Sequence record: LC592711.1
DNA: 64,000 nucleotides
Direction: 5' to 3' (one strand)
The notes under the pieces: model-generated
Database searches by the model: none
The model's input: only the letters and a program-made list of their open reading frames with translations
What the model was told of the DNA's origin: nothing
Program-made: the position numbers and the translations under genes
Shown here: positions 37,265-48,706 of the stretch, piece by piece
Numbering within the stretch: position 1 is the stretch's first letter
How the letters are laid out: each line of letters starts with the position of its first letter

Positions 37265-38095
37265 ATGTTAGCAGCTTTTCTAATGAGGAAGCCGGTCTTA
37301 TCGAGAGGCAGTGCAATCTTCACTACTCCAGGCACCTATGACTTCATCGTCCCGGCAGGAGTCACATTGCTGTGTGGTGTGGGCATCGGTGCCGGTGGAG
37401 GTGGTTGGCAAAACACAATCGGTGGAACGAGTACCTGGGGTTCTTCTGGTGGGGGTGGTGGACTTGGCTGGAAAAACGCAATTCCAGTTACTCCTGGGGA
37501 ACATCTGATTGTCGTTGTTGGAGCTTTGGGCATTACCGCGGTCGGTAATGCAATCGGTACCAACGGCGGTGATAGTTATCTCGCTCGTGGATCTACCAAG
37601 CTATTTGCTGGGTACGGTGGTTTATGCGGCGGTGCTACTGGCTCAAACACGTCTTATGGAAAGGGCGGTGGTTATCTAGGTGACGGCGGCGGTAATGGCG
37701 GGGCTGGTGTCAACTTTGATTATGCTGCAGCTGGCGGTGGTGGGGCTGGCGGGTATACAGGTAACGGTGGGCAAGGCACAGATATCTCGCAGGGCGCAGC
37801 TGGGTTAGGAGGCGGTGCTTCTGGCGGACGAGGAGGTACTAACTATACCGACAACGGTTCCGCAGGCCGTGGGGGCGGTACTGGACTATTTGGTCTTGGC
37901 AATAGTGCTGCCGCGCAGACGACCAGATGGGGTAACGGTTTACCTGGATCCCAGATCGCAGGCGGTGGAGAATTCGGCGGCGGTTCTTCTTCTTCGCGTG
38001 TGATCACTCCGAATACACCAGGTCTTGATGGAGGCTTGCGTTTGATTTGGGGTAAGAACCGAGCGTACCCGTCGACTGATTGCGGTGCAGATTAA
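37265..38095 (+). CDS. Glycine-rich tail accessory protein
   Basis: FTTPGTYDFIVPAGVT...GAGGGG...GGGGGLGWKNAIPVTPGE...GGLRLIWG, the common phage Gly-rich domain. Confidence 0.72.
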   Translation: MLAAFLMRKPVLSRGSAIFTTPGTYDFIVPAGVTLLCGVGIGAGGGGWQNTIGGTSTWGSSGGGGGLGWKNAIPVTPGEHLIVVVGALGITAVGNAIGTNGGDSYLARGSTKLFAGYGGLCGGATGSNTSYGKGGGYLGDGGGNGGAGVNFDYAAAGGGGAGGYTGNGGQGTDISQGAAGLGGGASGGRGGTNYTDNGSAGRGGGTGLFGLGNSAAAQTTRWGNGLPGSQIAGGGEFGGGSSSSRVITPNTPGLDGGLRLIWGKNRAYPSTDCGAD

Positions 38096-38096
38096 G

Positions 38097-38130
38097 CATA
38101 CACTACCTGGCTTTCGCCAGGTAGTGTATG
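38097..38130. terminator. Hairpin between convergent genes
   Basis: catacactacctggc-tttc-gccaggtagtgtatg. Confidence 0.72.
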
Positions 38131-38155
38131 GTCTAACAGCAACGAGTCATGCATT

Positions 38156-38902
38156 TTAATAACCCGTAATAAACGGATTGAAGTTGCCTGTTGTGTAACG
38201 AGCGATATTGCTGACGCGCGTTCCGTAGAAATTACCAGAAGCGTACCAGCTAACCGCTCCGCCACTACCTCCTAACATTCGACCAACCAGAAGAGCCGTC
38301 GAATAATTCAGGACGTAGTTATAGGCGTCAGCTGCTGGGGCAGCCAAGGCAGTGCCGTCATAGAACATCTGCCATTGCCCACTCATGCGTTGGTACGCGA
38401 TGTGGTGCCATGCGCCTCTGACGATCTTACCAATCGACGGGTTTGCGATCTGCTTTTGCGACGACGCATTAGCGTACGTCCAGGCCCACAAGGACGTATA
38501 GCCGTACGAGCTTTCCGTATAAGCCAGATCGAAGTTGTATGGCGATGTCCCGTTATGCCACGAACCCCATGAAATGAACGGCCACCAATACGAATTATCC
38601 GCGCTCTGGAAAAGAATGTTCTTGACCCAGAAATACGTTTCGACAGTGAAGTCGTTCGTACCAGCGAGCAGGTAAGTCGGATTAGGTATCGACAGATAAG
38701 CGCCGCCTGCATCCGGAGTTTTTATCGTGGGATAACCAAACAACTTATTCGTTGAATCGACAGTCATCCCACTGTTGGTGACTACTGCGTTTTTGCTGGA
38801 AAAATCTTTGATCGTTCCGCCGTAGGCGTTCAGAAGAAGCAGTGTATTGGAGTCCACAGCAGGACCCACTTGCTTCTTATACAACAGCATTGAATCTAAC
38901 AT
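38156..38902 (-). CDS. LamG/ConA-like lectin domain protein
   Basis: Starts MLDSMLLYKK (ATG overlaps the upstream TGA); NDFTVETY...WHHIAYQRMSGQWQMFYDG...TRVSNIARY. Confidence 0.75.
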   Translation of the reverse strand: MLDSMLLYKKQVGPAVDSNTLLLLNAYGGTIKDFSSKNAVVTNSGMTVDSTNKLFGYPTIKTPDAGGAYLSIPNPTYLLAGTNDFTVETYFWVKNILFQSADNSYWWPFISWGSWHNGTSPYNFDLAYTESSYGYTSLWAWTYANASSQKQIANPSIGKIVRGAWHHIAYQRMSGQWQMFYDGTALAAPAADAYNYVLNYSTALLVGRMLGGSGGAVSWYASGNFYGTRVSNIARYTTGNFNPFITGY

Positions 38903-39531
38903 CAGACAGTCGTCCCGTGGGTAATTGAAAGGGAATTGATCTTCCAGTTTCCCATAGTGGCAAACTGAGTTCCTACGATCGTGCCCGAAGACGTAAGGTA
39001 AGAACCCAAGACCCAATCGACATTACACTTGCGTTGAGTTGCGAAAGTGTTGCTGTAGATGGTATTGCCATTGAGTTTGCAAAGGAAAGCACTTCCTTTA
39101 CGCTGCCAGAAGAAATCAAATGGAGTATTGAGAGCGATGTTGTTCGAACCACTCGTCGACTGATAAACGCTTTCTGAAATAGAACCGATCGACAACCGAA
39201 CCGTTCCGTCGTTATACCGTTGGAAACAGAATTCTCCCTGACCTGCTACTTGCAACCATTTGCCGATGAGGTAAAGCGAGTTTCCATTCCCGGTGTTTTG
39301 GCTATATACAACGGCATTCATTCGGATTTCCATATCTTCGCCGATAGGGTAAGGCGAAGTTCCATAGGGAATCCGAATATAGTCAATCTGAGCGCCGCCC
39401 GCAAATGTGTAAGAGCCGTCGCTGCCCTGGGTGACACCAGAGGACTTAGTCCAGGTGTTGGTCGCGCCACCACCTTCAATGTTGATCACATTTGCAACAG
39501 CTTTCTTCTTTAATAAAATTGATTCCAGCAT
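38902..39531 (-). CDS. ConA/LamG-like beta-sandwich protein
   Basis: Starts MLESILLKKK; FFWQRKGSAFLCKLNG...WVLGSY; beta-rich. Confidence 0.6.
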   Translation of the reverse strand: MLESILLKKKAVANVINIEGGGATNTWTKSSGVTQGSDGSYTFAGGAQIDYIRIPYGTSPYPIGEDMEIRMNAVVYSQNTGNGNSLYLIGKWLQVAGQGEFCFQRYNDGTVRLSIGSISESVYQSTSGSNNIALNTPFDFFWQRKGSAFLCKLNGNTIYSNTFATQRKCNVDWVLGSYLTSSGTIVGTQFATMGNWKINSLSITHGTTV

Positions 39532-39562
39532 AGCAAGCCCTGTTTGTCGAATGTCACAGGAT

Positions 39563-39961
39563 TTACTCTCTTGTCATTGCTTCCCTTAAGACCTGGATAT
39601 CTTTCTCGTCTTTCTTGCGATTCAATGGTAACTTCAGTTCCAGAAGACTCTTAAGCGACTGGACATGATAGCCATTGATAATCCGATCGCATTCATGTTT
39701 CGTGTCACGTGCATCGATTACGCCACCCACTACCCACATGACATCAGGCTTGCCTTTGACAGGCAATTTGTAGTAGACGCCAGTTGTCACCATACGACGA
39801 CAAACTTCAGTCGGTACGTACAGATCGATATCCGCTGTTAAATCTCTCAGTCCTCGCATGACCATGGCTGAACCACCCAGTACTTGGATCTGATTTCGTT
39901 CGAGTTTCATGTGCCAACAGAACTCACTAAGTTTATCCAGTACCTGCTGTTTGTGTAGCAT
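39563..39961 (-). CDS. Minimal nucleotidyltransferase-fold protein (paralog B)
   Basis: VLGGSAMVMRGLRDLTADIDLY gives the GS...DxD pol-beta-family motif; ends LKLPLNRKKDEKDI. Confidence 0.62.
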   Translation of the reverse strand: MLHKQQVLDKLSEFCWHMKLERNQIQVLGGSAMVMRGLRDLTADIDLYVPTEVCRRMVTTGVYYKLPVKGKPDVMWVVGGVIDARDTKHECDRIINGYHVQSLKSLLELKLPLNRKKDEKDIQVLREAMTRE

Positions 39962-39979
39962 TTCGGCTCCAAAAAGCAA

Positions 39980-40026
39980 AAAAAATAAGAGTAGACAGAG
40001 TGGGCTCGTGCCCACTCTGTTACTTA
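39980..40026 (-). terminator. Terminator, copy 1 of a ~47-bp direct repeat
   Basis: aaaaaataagagtagacagagtgggctcgtgcccactctgttactt; near-identical to 40482..40529; hairpin then T-run on the minus strand. Confidence 0.75.
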
Positions 40027-40422
40027 AATCTGCGTCAAAGCTTGACGAAGACTTTGGATATCTTTCTGATCCTTCGGTCGATTCATATTCAACTTCAATT
40101 GAAGAAGACTATCCAACGATTGAACATTGTATCCTTCACAAATCCAATCACAGAAGAATCTCGTATCCCCAATATCCAACACATCCGTTTCAAACCTCAG
40201 AAACTGAGGACCTCTCCTCGCTTCACTGATTTTAAAATCACCAGTATCGATTAACCTTTGACAAGTTTCTCGATGAACATACATATCCACATCTGCTGCA
40301 TAATCCCTCAAACCTCTTAACACCAAAGCCGCACCACTGAACACTTCCACTTCACTTTTCTCAACACCATACTTCTCACAGAACTTATTCAATTCTTGGA
40401 TAATTTGTTCTTTGTTCAACAT
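40024..40422 (-). CDS. Minimal nucleotidyltransferase-fold protein (paralog A)
   Basis: VFSGAALVLRGLRDYAADVDMY; ends LKLNMNRPKDQKDI; clearly homologous to 39563..39961. Confidence 0.62.
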   Translation of the reverse strand: MLNKEQIIQELNKFCEKYGVEKSEVEVFSGAALVLRGLRDYAADVDMYVHRETCQRLIDTGDFKISEARRGPQFLRFETDVLDIGDTRFFCDWICEGYNVQSLDSLLQLKLNMNRPKDQKDIQSLRQALTQI

Positions 40423-40481
40423 TTTAGTTCCTTCATTGTGGAATGTCACCCGAGTTATATATGGATGAGTTATTCTGCAAC

Positions 40482-40526
40482 AAAAAAATAAGAGTAGACA
40501 GAGTGGGCTCACGCCCACTCTGTTAC

Positions 40527-40529
<3 letters not shown>
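40482..40529 (-). terminator. Terminator, copy 2 of the direct repeat, after the ligase
   Basis: aaaaaaataagagtagacagagtgggctcacgcccactctgttactta. Confidence 0.75.
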
Positions 40530-42682
<2,153 letters not shown>

Positions 42683-42690
42683 GGATGCGT

Positions 42691-43140
42691 TTACGGCTGA
42701 AGCATGAAGATCTGCGAGGTCTCGTACAGATCGGCCCAGATACGGACGGCGACGTAAGTCGATTCATCCTTATCCAGCTGGCTTGCGCCTTTACCTACGC
42801 CTGCCAAAACCGCTTCCACAGCAGGAGCGACCAGCGTTTGCATCTGAGGAAGCTGAACGCCGGTGTAATTGCCTTCGATCCACTTCACCAAAGCAAAGCC
42901 TGCTTTGATGTACGTTTCCAGATTGCCGATGCAGTTACCGCCAGCCCGGATCAGTTCTTGCATCTTGATGATGCCTTGATCCGCCTGAAGACGTGTCCAA
43001 CCTTGCTGATAGCCAAAGCGATGGTCGGCATACTGGTGATACTTGAGCGCATAACCAGCACGCTCGTTCACGATCACCACCAACTGATCCTTGTAAGAGT
43101 TGATGGCATCGCGCAACAGATCGGAGTTTGTCAATTGCAC
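42691..43140 (-). CDS. Hypothetical protein
   Basis: GTG at 43140 after an aagggg RBS, in the frame of ORF 42691..43212. Confidence 0.55.
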   Translation of the reverse strand: MQLTNSDLLRDAINSYKDQLVVIVNERAGYALKYHQYADHRFGYQQGWTRLQADQGIIKMQELIRAGGNCIGNLETYIKAGFALVKWIEGNYTGVQLPQMQTLVAPAVEAVLAGVGKGASQLDKDESTYVAVRIWADLYETSQIFMLQP

Positions 43141-43150
43141 GAAGTTCCCC

Positions 43151-43771
43151 TTAAGAGAGAATGATGCCGGCCGATTCAGCGTTACGACGCGCTTCACGTT
43201 CAGCGTGCACACGGTCGAATTCTTCCTTCGTTACTTCCTTACCGTCGACAACGTACTTCGCCGGTTCCGGTTGCCCGCCGTTCACTTCATTGCGCTGTGC
43301 GCGCAGGAACGATGCCTGTTCGAACACGTTGGTGTCCGGATACAGACGGCCGAGGTTTTGAGCGAAGTCGGCCAGGATCGTGCACGCGAAGACTTCTTCG
43401 ATCGTCGACTTCTGCAGATCCTTGTTCAGATCGATGATCGTCGCATGCGCCAGCTTGACCTGATCTTTCACGTTTTTCACGCCATCGAACAAGTGCGGAA
43501 TTTCGTTGTAGGCCAGCAATACCGACGCCGCGCCGATCAGATCGGTCAGGCGTTTGATTTCCAGATCGCACGACTGAACCTTCTGGACCTGGCCTTGAAT
43601 TTCCATCGGATTCGGCTTGACGATCACGCTGGCCTGCATCTTCATGAACTTCAGGAGTTCTTCAGCGCGACGGTTGACCCAGTCACGTGCACGATGCGTG
43701 TACAGCTGACGCGCTTCTTCGAGCTTCTTGATTTCTTCGTCGGTGAACGGACGCTTGTTATTTTCGGACAT
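43151..43771 (-). CDS. Hypothetical protein (coiled-coil)
   Basis: 206-aa ORF with phage codon bias. Confidence 0.65.
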   Translation of the reverse strand: MSENNKRPFTDEEIKKLEEARQLYTHRARDWVNRRAEELLKFMKMQASVIVKPNPMEIQGQVQKVQSCDLEIKRLTDLIGAASVLLAYNEIPHLFDGVKNVKDQVKLAHATIIDLNKDLQKSTIEEVFACTILADFAQNLGRLYPDTNVFEQASFLRAQRNEVNGGQPEPAKYVVDGKEVTKEEFDRVHAEREARRNAESAGIILS

Positions 43772-44036
43772 TTGCTTGAGATTCCAGTTGTTTGTAACGT
43801 TTTACAAGTTTACGAGAGAAACGTCCCATCACAGCAGCCCAGTGCTCTTCAGGAACAATTTCGAACATGTACTGCACGGCATAACGATACTGCGTCAGCG
43901 CCGCAGGCCGAGTCATTGCTTCATGAAACGGAAAGCGGCGCAGGACTGCATCTTCATGGGTGCCGTTGTGAAGCTGCGTCATCGTGACGTCATGGTCGGC
44001 GATCCCGCCGATGAGCCCGCGCCCCATCATGCCTCC

Positions 44037-44765
44037 TTAATGCAAAACAGGCTTGGCTTCGCCTTCTTCCGCCGGCTTGGCGACGAGTTCGTCCTTCTTC
44101 TTCAGACGGTCGTTGCTGAAAGGCAGACCATTCAACAGGAACTCGATCAGTCGATCGCGAATCGAATGGACGACGAAATCCCAACCGTAGCCACGCAGGT
44201 TGTCCTGATTTCCGAAGTAGATAGCCAGTTCGTTGATCTGCTTTTCGAGTTCGGCCGGCGACTTTGCTTGAAGCTTCTTCTGAGGAATGACGAAGTTGAT
44301 CTGGTCGTATGCTTCGCTCACGTACTTAGTGGTGTACGGATACAGATTGAAGTAGACCAGGTCCTTCGTCCAGTCAGCCAGATTGTCCGGCATCATGGTG
44401 TCGAACTGCTCCATGTATTGCGACACGTTCAGGATGATCACCGAACGGATACGGCGCAGTTCCGTGTTGATCATCTTGTCCGTCGGATACTTCGCATCGG
44501 TCGTTTCGCCGTCTTCTGTCAGATATGCCTGGCTGAGGAAGTTCTTGAAACCAACTTCAGCGTGATTGGCCATCGCACGCGCCGAATTCGGGCCGAACGC
44601 CAGCAAAGTTGCCGTATGACGCGGACCACCTTCGCGCTGCTGGAGGTAGTTCTTCTTCTCCCACCAGAAGCGAGTGCGCATCTGTTCCAGACTGTGTACT
44701 GCTTTTTCTTCGAGGGTTCCGTTGTGCGGATAAACCTCTTCGTTATCCATGTCGTGAAAGAACAT
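44037..44765 (-). CDS. Hypothetical protein
   Basis: 242-aa ORF with strong phage codon bias. Confidence 0.65.
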   Translation of the reverse strand: MFFHDMDNEEVYPHNGTLEEKAVHSLEQMRTRFWWEKKNYLQQREGGPRHTATLLAFGPNSARAMANHAEVGFKNFLSQAYLTEDGETTDAKYPTDKMINTELRRIRSVIILNVSQYMEQFDTMMPDNLADWTKDLVYFNLYPYTTKYVSEAYDQINFVIPQKKLQAKSPAELEKQINELAIYFGNQDNLRGYGWDFVVHSIRDRLIEFLLNGLPFSNDRLKKKDELVAKPAEEGEAKPVLH

Positions 44766-44773
44766 CGGCCTTC

Positions 44774-45238
44774 CTAGATATAGTTTTCAAAAGGAAACTC
44801 ATGAATTTCGTGAGATTCCACCAATGTGGCCTTGTCTTTAACAATAGCGACTTGGCCATCAGGATACACAATGTGTTCCTCAGAGTCGTAGATAGCGATG
44901 TGAAAGCCCAGTTCACGAAGTAAGACCAGGCTATTCACCGCACTCCACAACTTTAAAGCATCTTCAAAAGCGAAGATGTGCTGGCCGTACGTCGTGGCCG
45001 GAGCATTGAAGTCCCCCGGCTCAGCCAAGCACACCATCGCATCCGAGGCAAACCGCCCACGACCACTTTCGTGGGTGAACGGTCCTCTGCGGCTCTCCGG
45101 ATGTTCTATCCGGAATACGCGCCGGGTTGCGTACTCGGTTTCAATGCGGGCAGGGCCGGCGGCTCTGCGGGCATCGGTTCTTGAGTACGTGCCGCGAATT
45201 CTTCCAGCTGCTCGACGCGCAGCGCGGTTCTGATCCAT
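44774..45238 (-). CDS. Hypothetical protein (start uncertain; overlaps the upstream ORF)
   Basis: VFRIEHPESRRGPF-containing ORF; the only ATG lies inside 45106..45636. Confidence 0.4.
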   Translation of the reverse strand: MDQNRAARRAAGRIRGTYSRTDARRAAGPARIETEYATRRVFRIEHPESRRGPFTHESGRGRFASDAMVCLAEPGDFNAPATTYGQHIFAFEDALKLWSAVNSLVLLRELGFHIAIYDSEEHIVYPDGQVAIVKDKATLVESHEIHEFPFENYI

Positions 45239-45636
45239 GTATGGTTATCCTCGCCCACAATGAATACAATGCCGGGCTGTTTGTAACGGGCGGTGCCATC
45301 ATCTACGTCGACGGCGATGTCCGTTTGCAAAAGTTGAAATTTCACCCCGCTTTCGCCTTCAAGCAAAGGCGTCAGCTGATTTAGCACATGCACATCCTCG
45401 GGTTTGCGCATGAGTTGCCGGGTGAGTGCGTACGTGTTTTGCACCATCAGTTCGTAACGAGATTGCAGGACATAGAGGATTTCATCCTTGTCGTCCGGGT
45501 GATGGTAACGAGCCACGTAATTGAGCAGCTTGCGAAGAAACTCGTTGCCCTCGGAGTACAACCCGAAAGGCAGACCCGTCAACTCGCGTTGAGTCGGGTG
45601 CAGATCACGGATATTAACGTACCGTGTTTGATTCAT
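45106..45636 (-). CDS. Hypothetical protein
   Basis: 176 aa; RBS aggag upstream. Confidence 0.6.
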   Translation of the reverse strand: MNQTRYVNIRDLHPTQRELTGLPFGLYSEGNEFLRKLLNYVARYHHPDDKDEILYVLQSRYELMVQNTYALTRQLMRKPEDVHVLNQLTPLLEGESGVKFQLLQTDIAVDVDDGTARYKQPGIVFIVGEDNHTWIRTALRVEQLEEFAARTQEPMPAEPPALPALKPSTQPGAYSG

Positions 45637-45663
45637 GACTAGCTCCTGAGTGAGACCACACCA

Positions 45664-45870
45664 TCAGGCATGAATCGCGGTATCCAGCAGAATCAGGTCC
45701 GACAGATGGTTGAGCTCGACGAGCGTGATGGGCGTACTGCGATCACGACCCTTAAGAGCGTCGAGACAGAGGTTGTTACCCCCGGCTTTAATCCTGGCAG
45801 CATCCACGGCGTCTTGAATCGTGTACTTCTTAACTACTTGCTCGAAGATCGTCCAGATTTGCTGTGCCAT
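45664..45870 (-). CDS. Small hypothetical protein
   Basis: 68 aa; ggag upstream of the ATG. Confidence 0.5.
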   Translation of the reverse strand: MAQQIWTIFEQVVKKYTIQDAVDAARIKAGGNNLCLDALKGRDRSTPITLVELNHLSDLILLDTAIHA

Positions 45871-45955
45871 TGTCTAACTCCTATTTTGAAAGAAGACAGT
45901 GAGGCGACGGCCAGCCTCCTCACTATCGTTACGACTGTTTTAAAATTACAGCTTC

Positions 45956-47185
45956 TTACTTCTTGGGTGCGTGTTTCAATGCACCCTGGATCAAGCCTTC
46001 GACCAAAGGCGGGATCTTCTGCTTTGCAGGTTTGACATCTTCCTGCGCCGCTTGAGCTTGCAATGCCTGCTTACCGAGTTCGTCGATCACTTTGTACGAA
46101 AAGTAACCGAGGTGATACCAGATAGCCAGGGCGTCCCACGCCGCATTGTGTTGAACAGCATCTTTCAAATCCGTCGGGTAAGCGTCGACGTATTCGATCT
46201 TGAAAGTGAAATTGCGCATCTGTCCGATACGCTTTCCTTCTCCCAAGTGAAGAAGTTCTGCGACATAAGCTACGTCAGTCGGGAAATCGACATGGATCAC
46301 GACGTCTTGGGTCAGAAGACCGTCGGTATGACCCGTCTCGATGTTCAGAACCTGTTCGAGCCAATCGCTGAACTTGATCTTGTTGCGAACCAGATCCGTC
46401 ACGAGCGTGCCCTTCGGCACGTCGAGCAGAACCGGAATCACATGCTCTTTCAGCCAGTCGCGTTCGACTTCGCCTGCTGCTTTCGAATCGAATGCGTAAT
46501 ACGTCCGGCCGAACTTGTTGGTGATGCCGACAGACAACAGCGTCTTGGTCGTGTCGTCGAATTCACAATCGACGAACAGATCCATCGGCTGCAACCAGCG
46601 GCCCGGGATGCGGAACATCTGACCATCTTCGGTCAAGTAGGCCCAAGCATACACGTTCTTGAAATCGACCGGGACAAACAGCTTGTCCTGGATCGCACCA
46701 TCCGTGCCGTACTTTACGGGTGCCGGGCACGAGAATTCGAACTCACCTTCACGGAGCAATTCCATGAAGACGTATTCAGTACTGATGACACCGTCGTTCA
46801 CCATTTCGTGGCGAACCATCATGCCTTCGGTGTACGTCCGGCGACCAGCAATCTGCACAACGATCGGTGTTTCGAGAGGAGGCCATTCGTCGAGAATGTT
46901 CTCCTTCATGCTCGCAGTCGTCTTGATCACAGCCCATTCGCGCTGCAACTGATCGATCTCGAACTTGTTGGCCGGAACCTTGCCCGGGAAGTACAGACCG
47001 TGGGTAATACCCGTCGGTTCGTTCTTCGGAAAGACCACCGCATTCTTCAGTTCCAGCTTCGGAATCGGCTTGTCTTCGTGTTCCTTGCCGTCAGCCGGGT
47101 CCTTGAAAGCCACGAACCGCAACACAGCCTCGCAACGCTGCTGGGCGTTGATCTGTTTTTGTGAAAACTTAGCGTCTTTAATCAT
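45956..47185 (-). CDS. Unknown N-terminal domain fused to a DEDD 3'-5' exonuclease (Rv2179c-like)
   Basis: LFVDCEF...LLSVGI...WLKEHVIPVL...DFPTD...HNAAWDA. Confidence 0.68.
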   Translation of the reverse strand: MIKDAKFSQKQINAQQRCEAVLRFVAFKDPADGKEHEDKPIPKLELKNAVVFPKNEPTGITHGLYFPGKVPANKFEIDQLQREWAVIKTTASMKENILDEWPPLETPIVVQIAGRRTYTEGMMVRHEMVNDGVISTEYVFMELLREGEFEFSCPAPVKYGTDGAIQDKLFVPVDFKNVYAWAYLTEDGQMFRIPGRWLQPMDLFVDCEFDDTTKTLLSVGITNKFGRTYYAFDSKAAGEVERDWLKEHVIPVLLDVPKGTLVTDLVRNKIKFSDWLEQVLNIETGHTDGLLTQDVVIHVDFPTDVAYVAELLHLGEGKRIGQMRNFTFKIEYVDAYPTDLKDAVQHNAAWDALAIWYHLGYFSYKVIDELGKQALQAQAAQEDVKPAKQKIPPLVEGLIQGALKHAPKK

Positions 47186-47245
47186 TGTAAAAAAAGATCC
47201 AGGTTAGAGACGTAGGTGGGTTTCCCCACCTACGCTCGGTTACGA

Positions 47246-48703
47246 TTACAGCTGGGAAGCCTTTTCTTGCAGGACGTTCTGGATGCGCTCGACATCCTCG
47301 TCGGTGATGTAGCCTTCGTTACGAAGCTGATCGACCAGAGGAGTCCAGAACAGCGTTGCAGGACCCTTGCCGGAGATCTTCACCATTTCCGCGCCGAAGA
47401 ACTTGTGATCGATGAAGTAGTCGATTGCCATACCTTCAGGCGAATCGAGCCATTCTTCGATTTCCGTCGGAACACCAGCACACGTTTCAGCTTCTTCACG
47501 CGTGATGACGTCGTCCGGCAGAAGACGATTGACGGTGCCCGTCGGAACGAAGTCCGAGTTCTTCAGGAAGTCGAGCATCGCGTAACGATCGTCGCCCGTG
47601 CGGCCGGTGAAGATGAAGATGTGATGGCCGTTGCGCTTCAGTGCCTTCAGCGTTTCGATTGCGAAGGGCGATTCCGGTCCGATGGTGGACGGACGCTGAT
47701 CTTCGACGATGGTGCCGTCGAACGACACGACGAAAACCGCCGGTTCGTCTTCGATGCCGCGGTCGTCTTCGACATCGGTATCGATTGCCATCATGTCGAT
47801 TTCCGCCTGTGCGTCCTTGCGGCCGACATGCTGGAATTCTTCACCGAAGTTCTGCAGACACCAGTCGAACAGGTGCAGGTCCGTTTCCTTCTTTTCGATC
47901 GCGACGTTGTGGTAGCCGGTGACTTCCGCCTGCTTGAACTTCACCATCGCGTCGACGTACTGGTCGTCCGGCAGTTTGTCGATGCCTTCCATTTGCTGGA
48001 GAGCGACGATGTTCACTTGCTGGTTCTGCACCATCCATTCGTCGAACGACAGTTGCGAGCCGCTGCGAACATGAGCCTGTTCGAGCGTTTCGCGGTGATC
48101 TTCGATCGCTTGACGAACCATGCGACGTGAAGCGCGGCTGTTCAGCGGAATGTCCTTCAGGTGGATCTTCGGCTTCTGGGCTTCCGGTTCAGCTTCGACC
48201 GGATCGGAGTTGGCTGCCCAGTGGTCGTTGCTCCACTTCCACATCGGGTGCGTCTGGCCGTATTCCTGGACGTCGATCTTGACGATGCGTTCTTCGATCG
48301 CGGTTTCAGCCAGTTCGAATTCGTTGGCCAGAATCACGAAACGCAGCCACGGCATGTTGCCTTCGTTGACCCAGGCCGCATCGTTGCCGGCGAAGATTGC
48401 CGACAGCACCGTGCCGTTCAGCGCGATTGCCGTGCAGAAACGCTCGTCACCTTCGAGACCGGTTTCGGTGTTCAGGGCGATGTAGGTGAGAAAACCATTC
48501 GCCGAGATGTAGAACTCTTGCGGATGGTTCGGGCCGAACAGGCGGGTGAGGTCGCGCTTGGCGATGACGACACCGACCTTCTTGTTCTTGAAATCGGGCT
48601 CTTGCACCAGCACGCCGATGTGTTGCTGGATTTTCGAATGCTCGGGAAGTCCGAAGCCCGGACGGAAGACTTGAGCCTTTGCGTAAGTAATCGGAGTTTT
48701 CAT
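47246..48703 (-). CDS. Multidomain protein with a C-terminal HAD-like domain (motif I degenerate)
   Basis: VFVVSFDGTIV...AIETLKALKRNGHHIFIFTGR...IDYFIDHK. Confidence 0.6.
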   Translation of the reverse strand: MKTPITYAKAQVFRPGFGLPEHSKIQQHIGVLVQEPDFKNKKVGVVIAKRDLTRLFGPNHPQEFYISANGFLTYIALNTETGLEGDERFCTAIALNGTVLSAIFAGNDAAWVNEGNMPWLRFVILANEFELAETAIEERIVKIDVQEYGQTHPMWKWSNDHWAANSDPVEAEPEAQKPKIHLKDIPLNSRASRRMVRQAIEDHRETLEQAHVRSGSQLSFDEWMVQNQQVNIVALQQMEGIDKLPDDQYVDAMVKFKQAEVTGYHNVAIEKKETDLHLFDWCLQNFGEEFQHVGRKDAQAEIDMMAIDTDVEDDRGIEDEPAVFVVSFDGTIVEDQRPSTIGPESPFAIETLKALKRNGHHIFIFTGRTGDDRYAMLDFLKNSDFVPTGTVNRLLPDDVITREEAETCAGVPTEIEEWLDSPEGMAIDYFIDHKFFGAEMVKISGKGPATLFWTPLVDQLRNEGYITDEDVERIQNVLQEKASQL

Positions 48704-48706
48704 AAA

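Noticed and set aside
338-37268. TATG (phiKZ late-promoter motif) overlapping many start codons, including the substrate gene
   Set aside because: A T before ATG is expected often by chance, and the phiKZ late TATG marks the TSS, which cannot be located from sequence alone.
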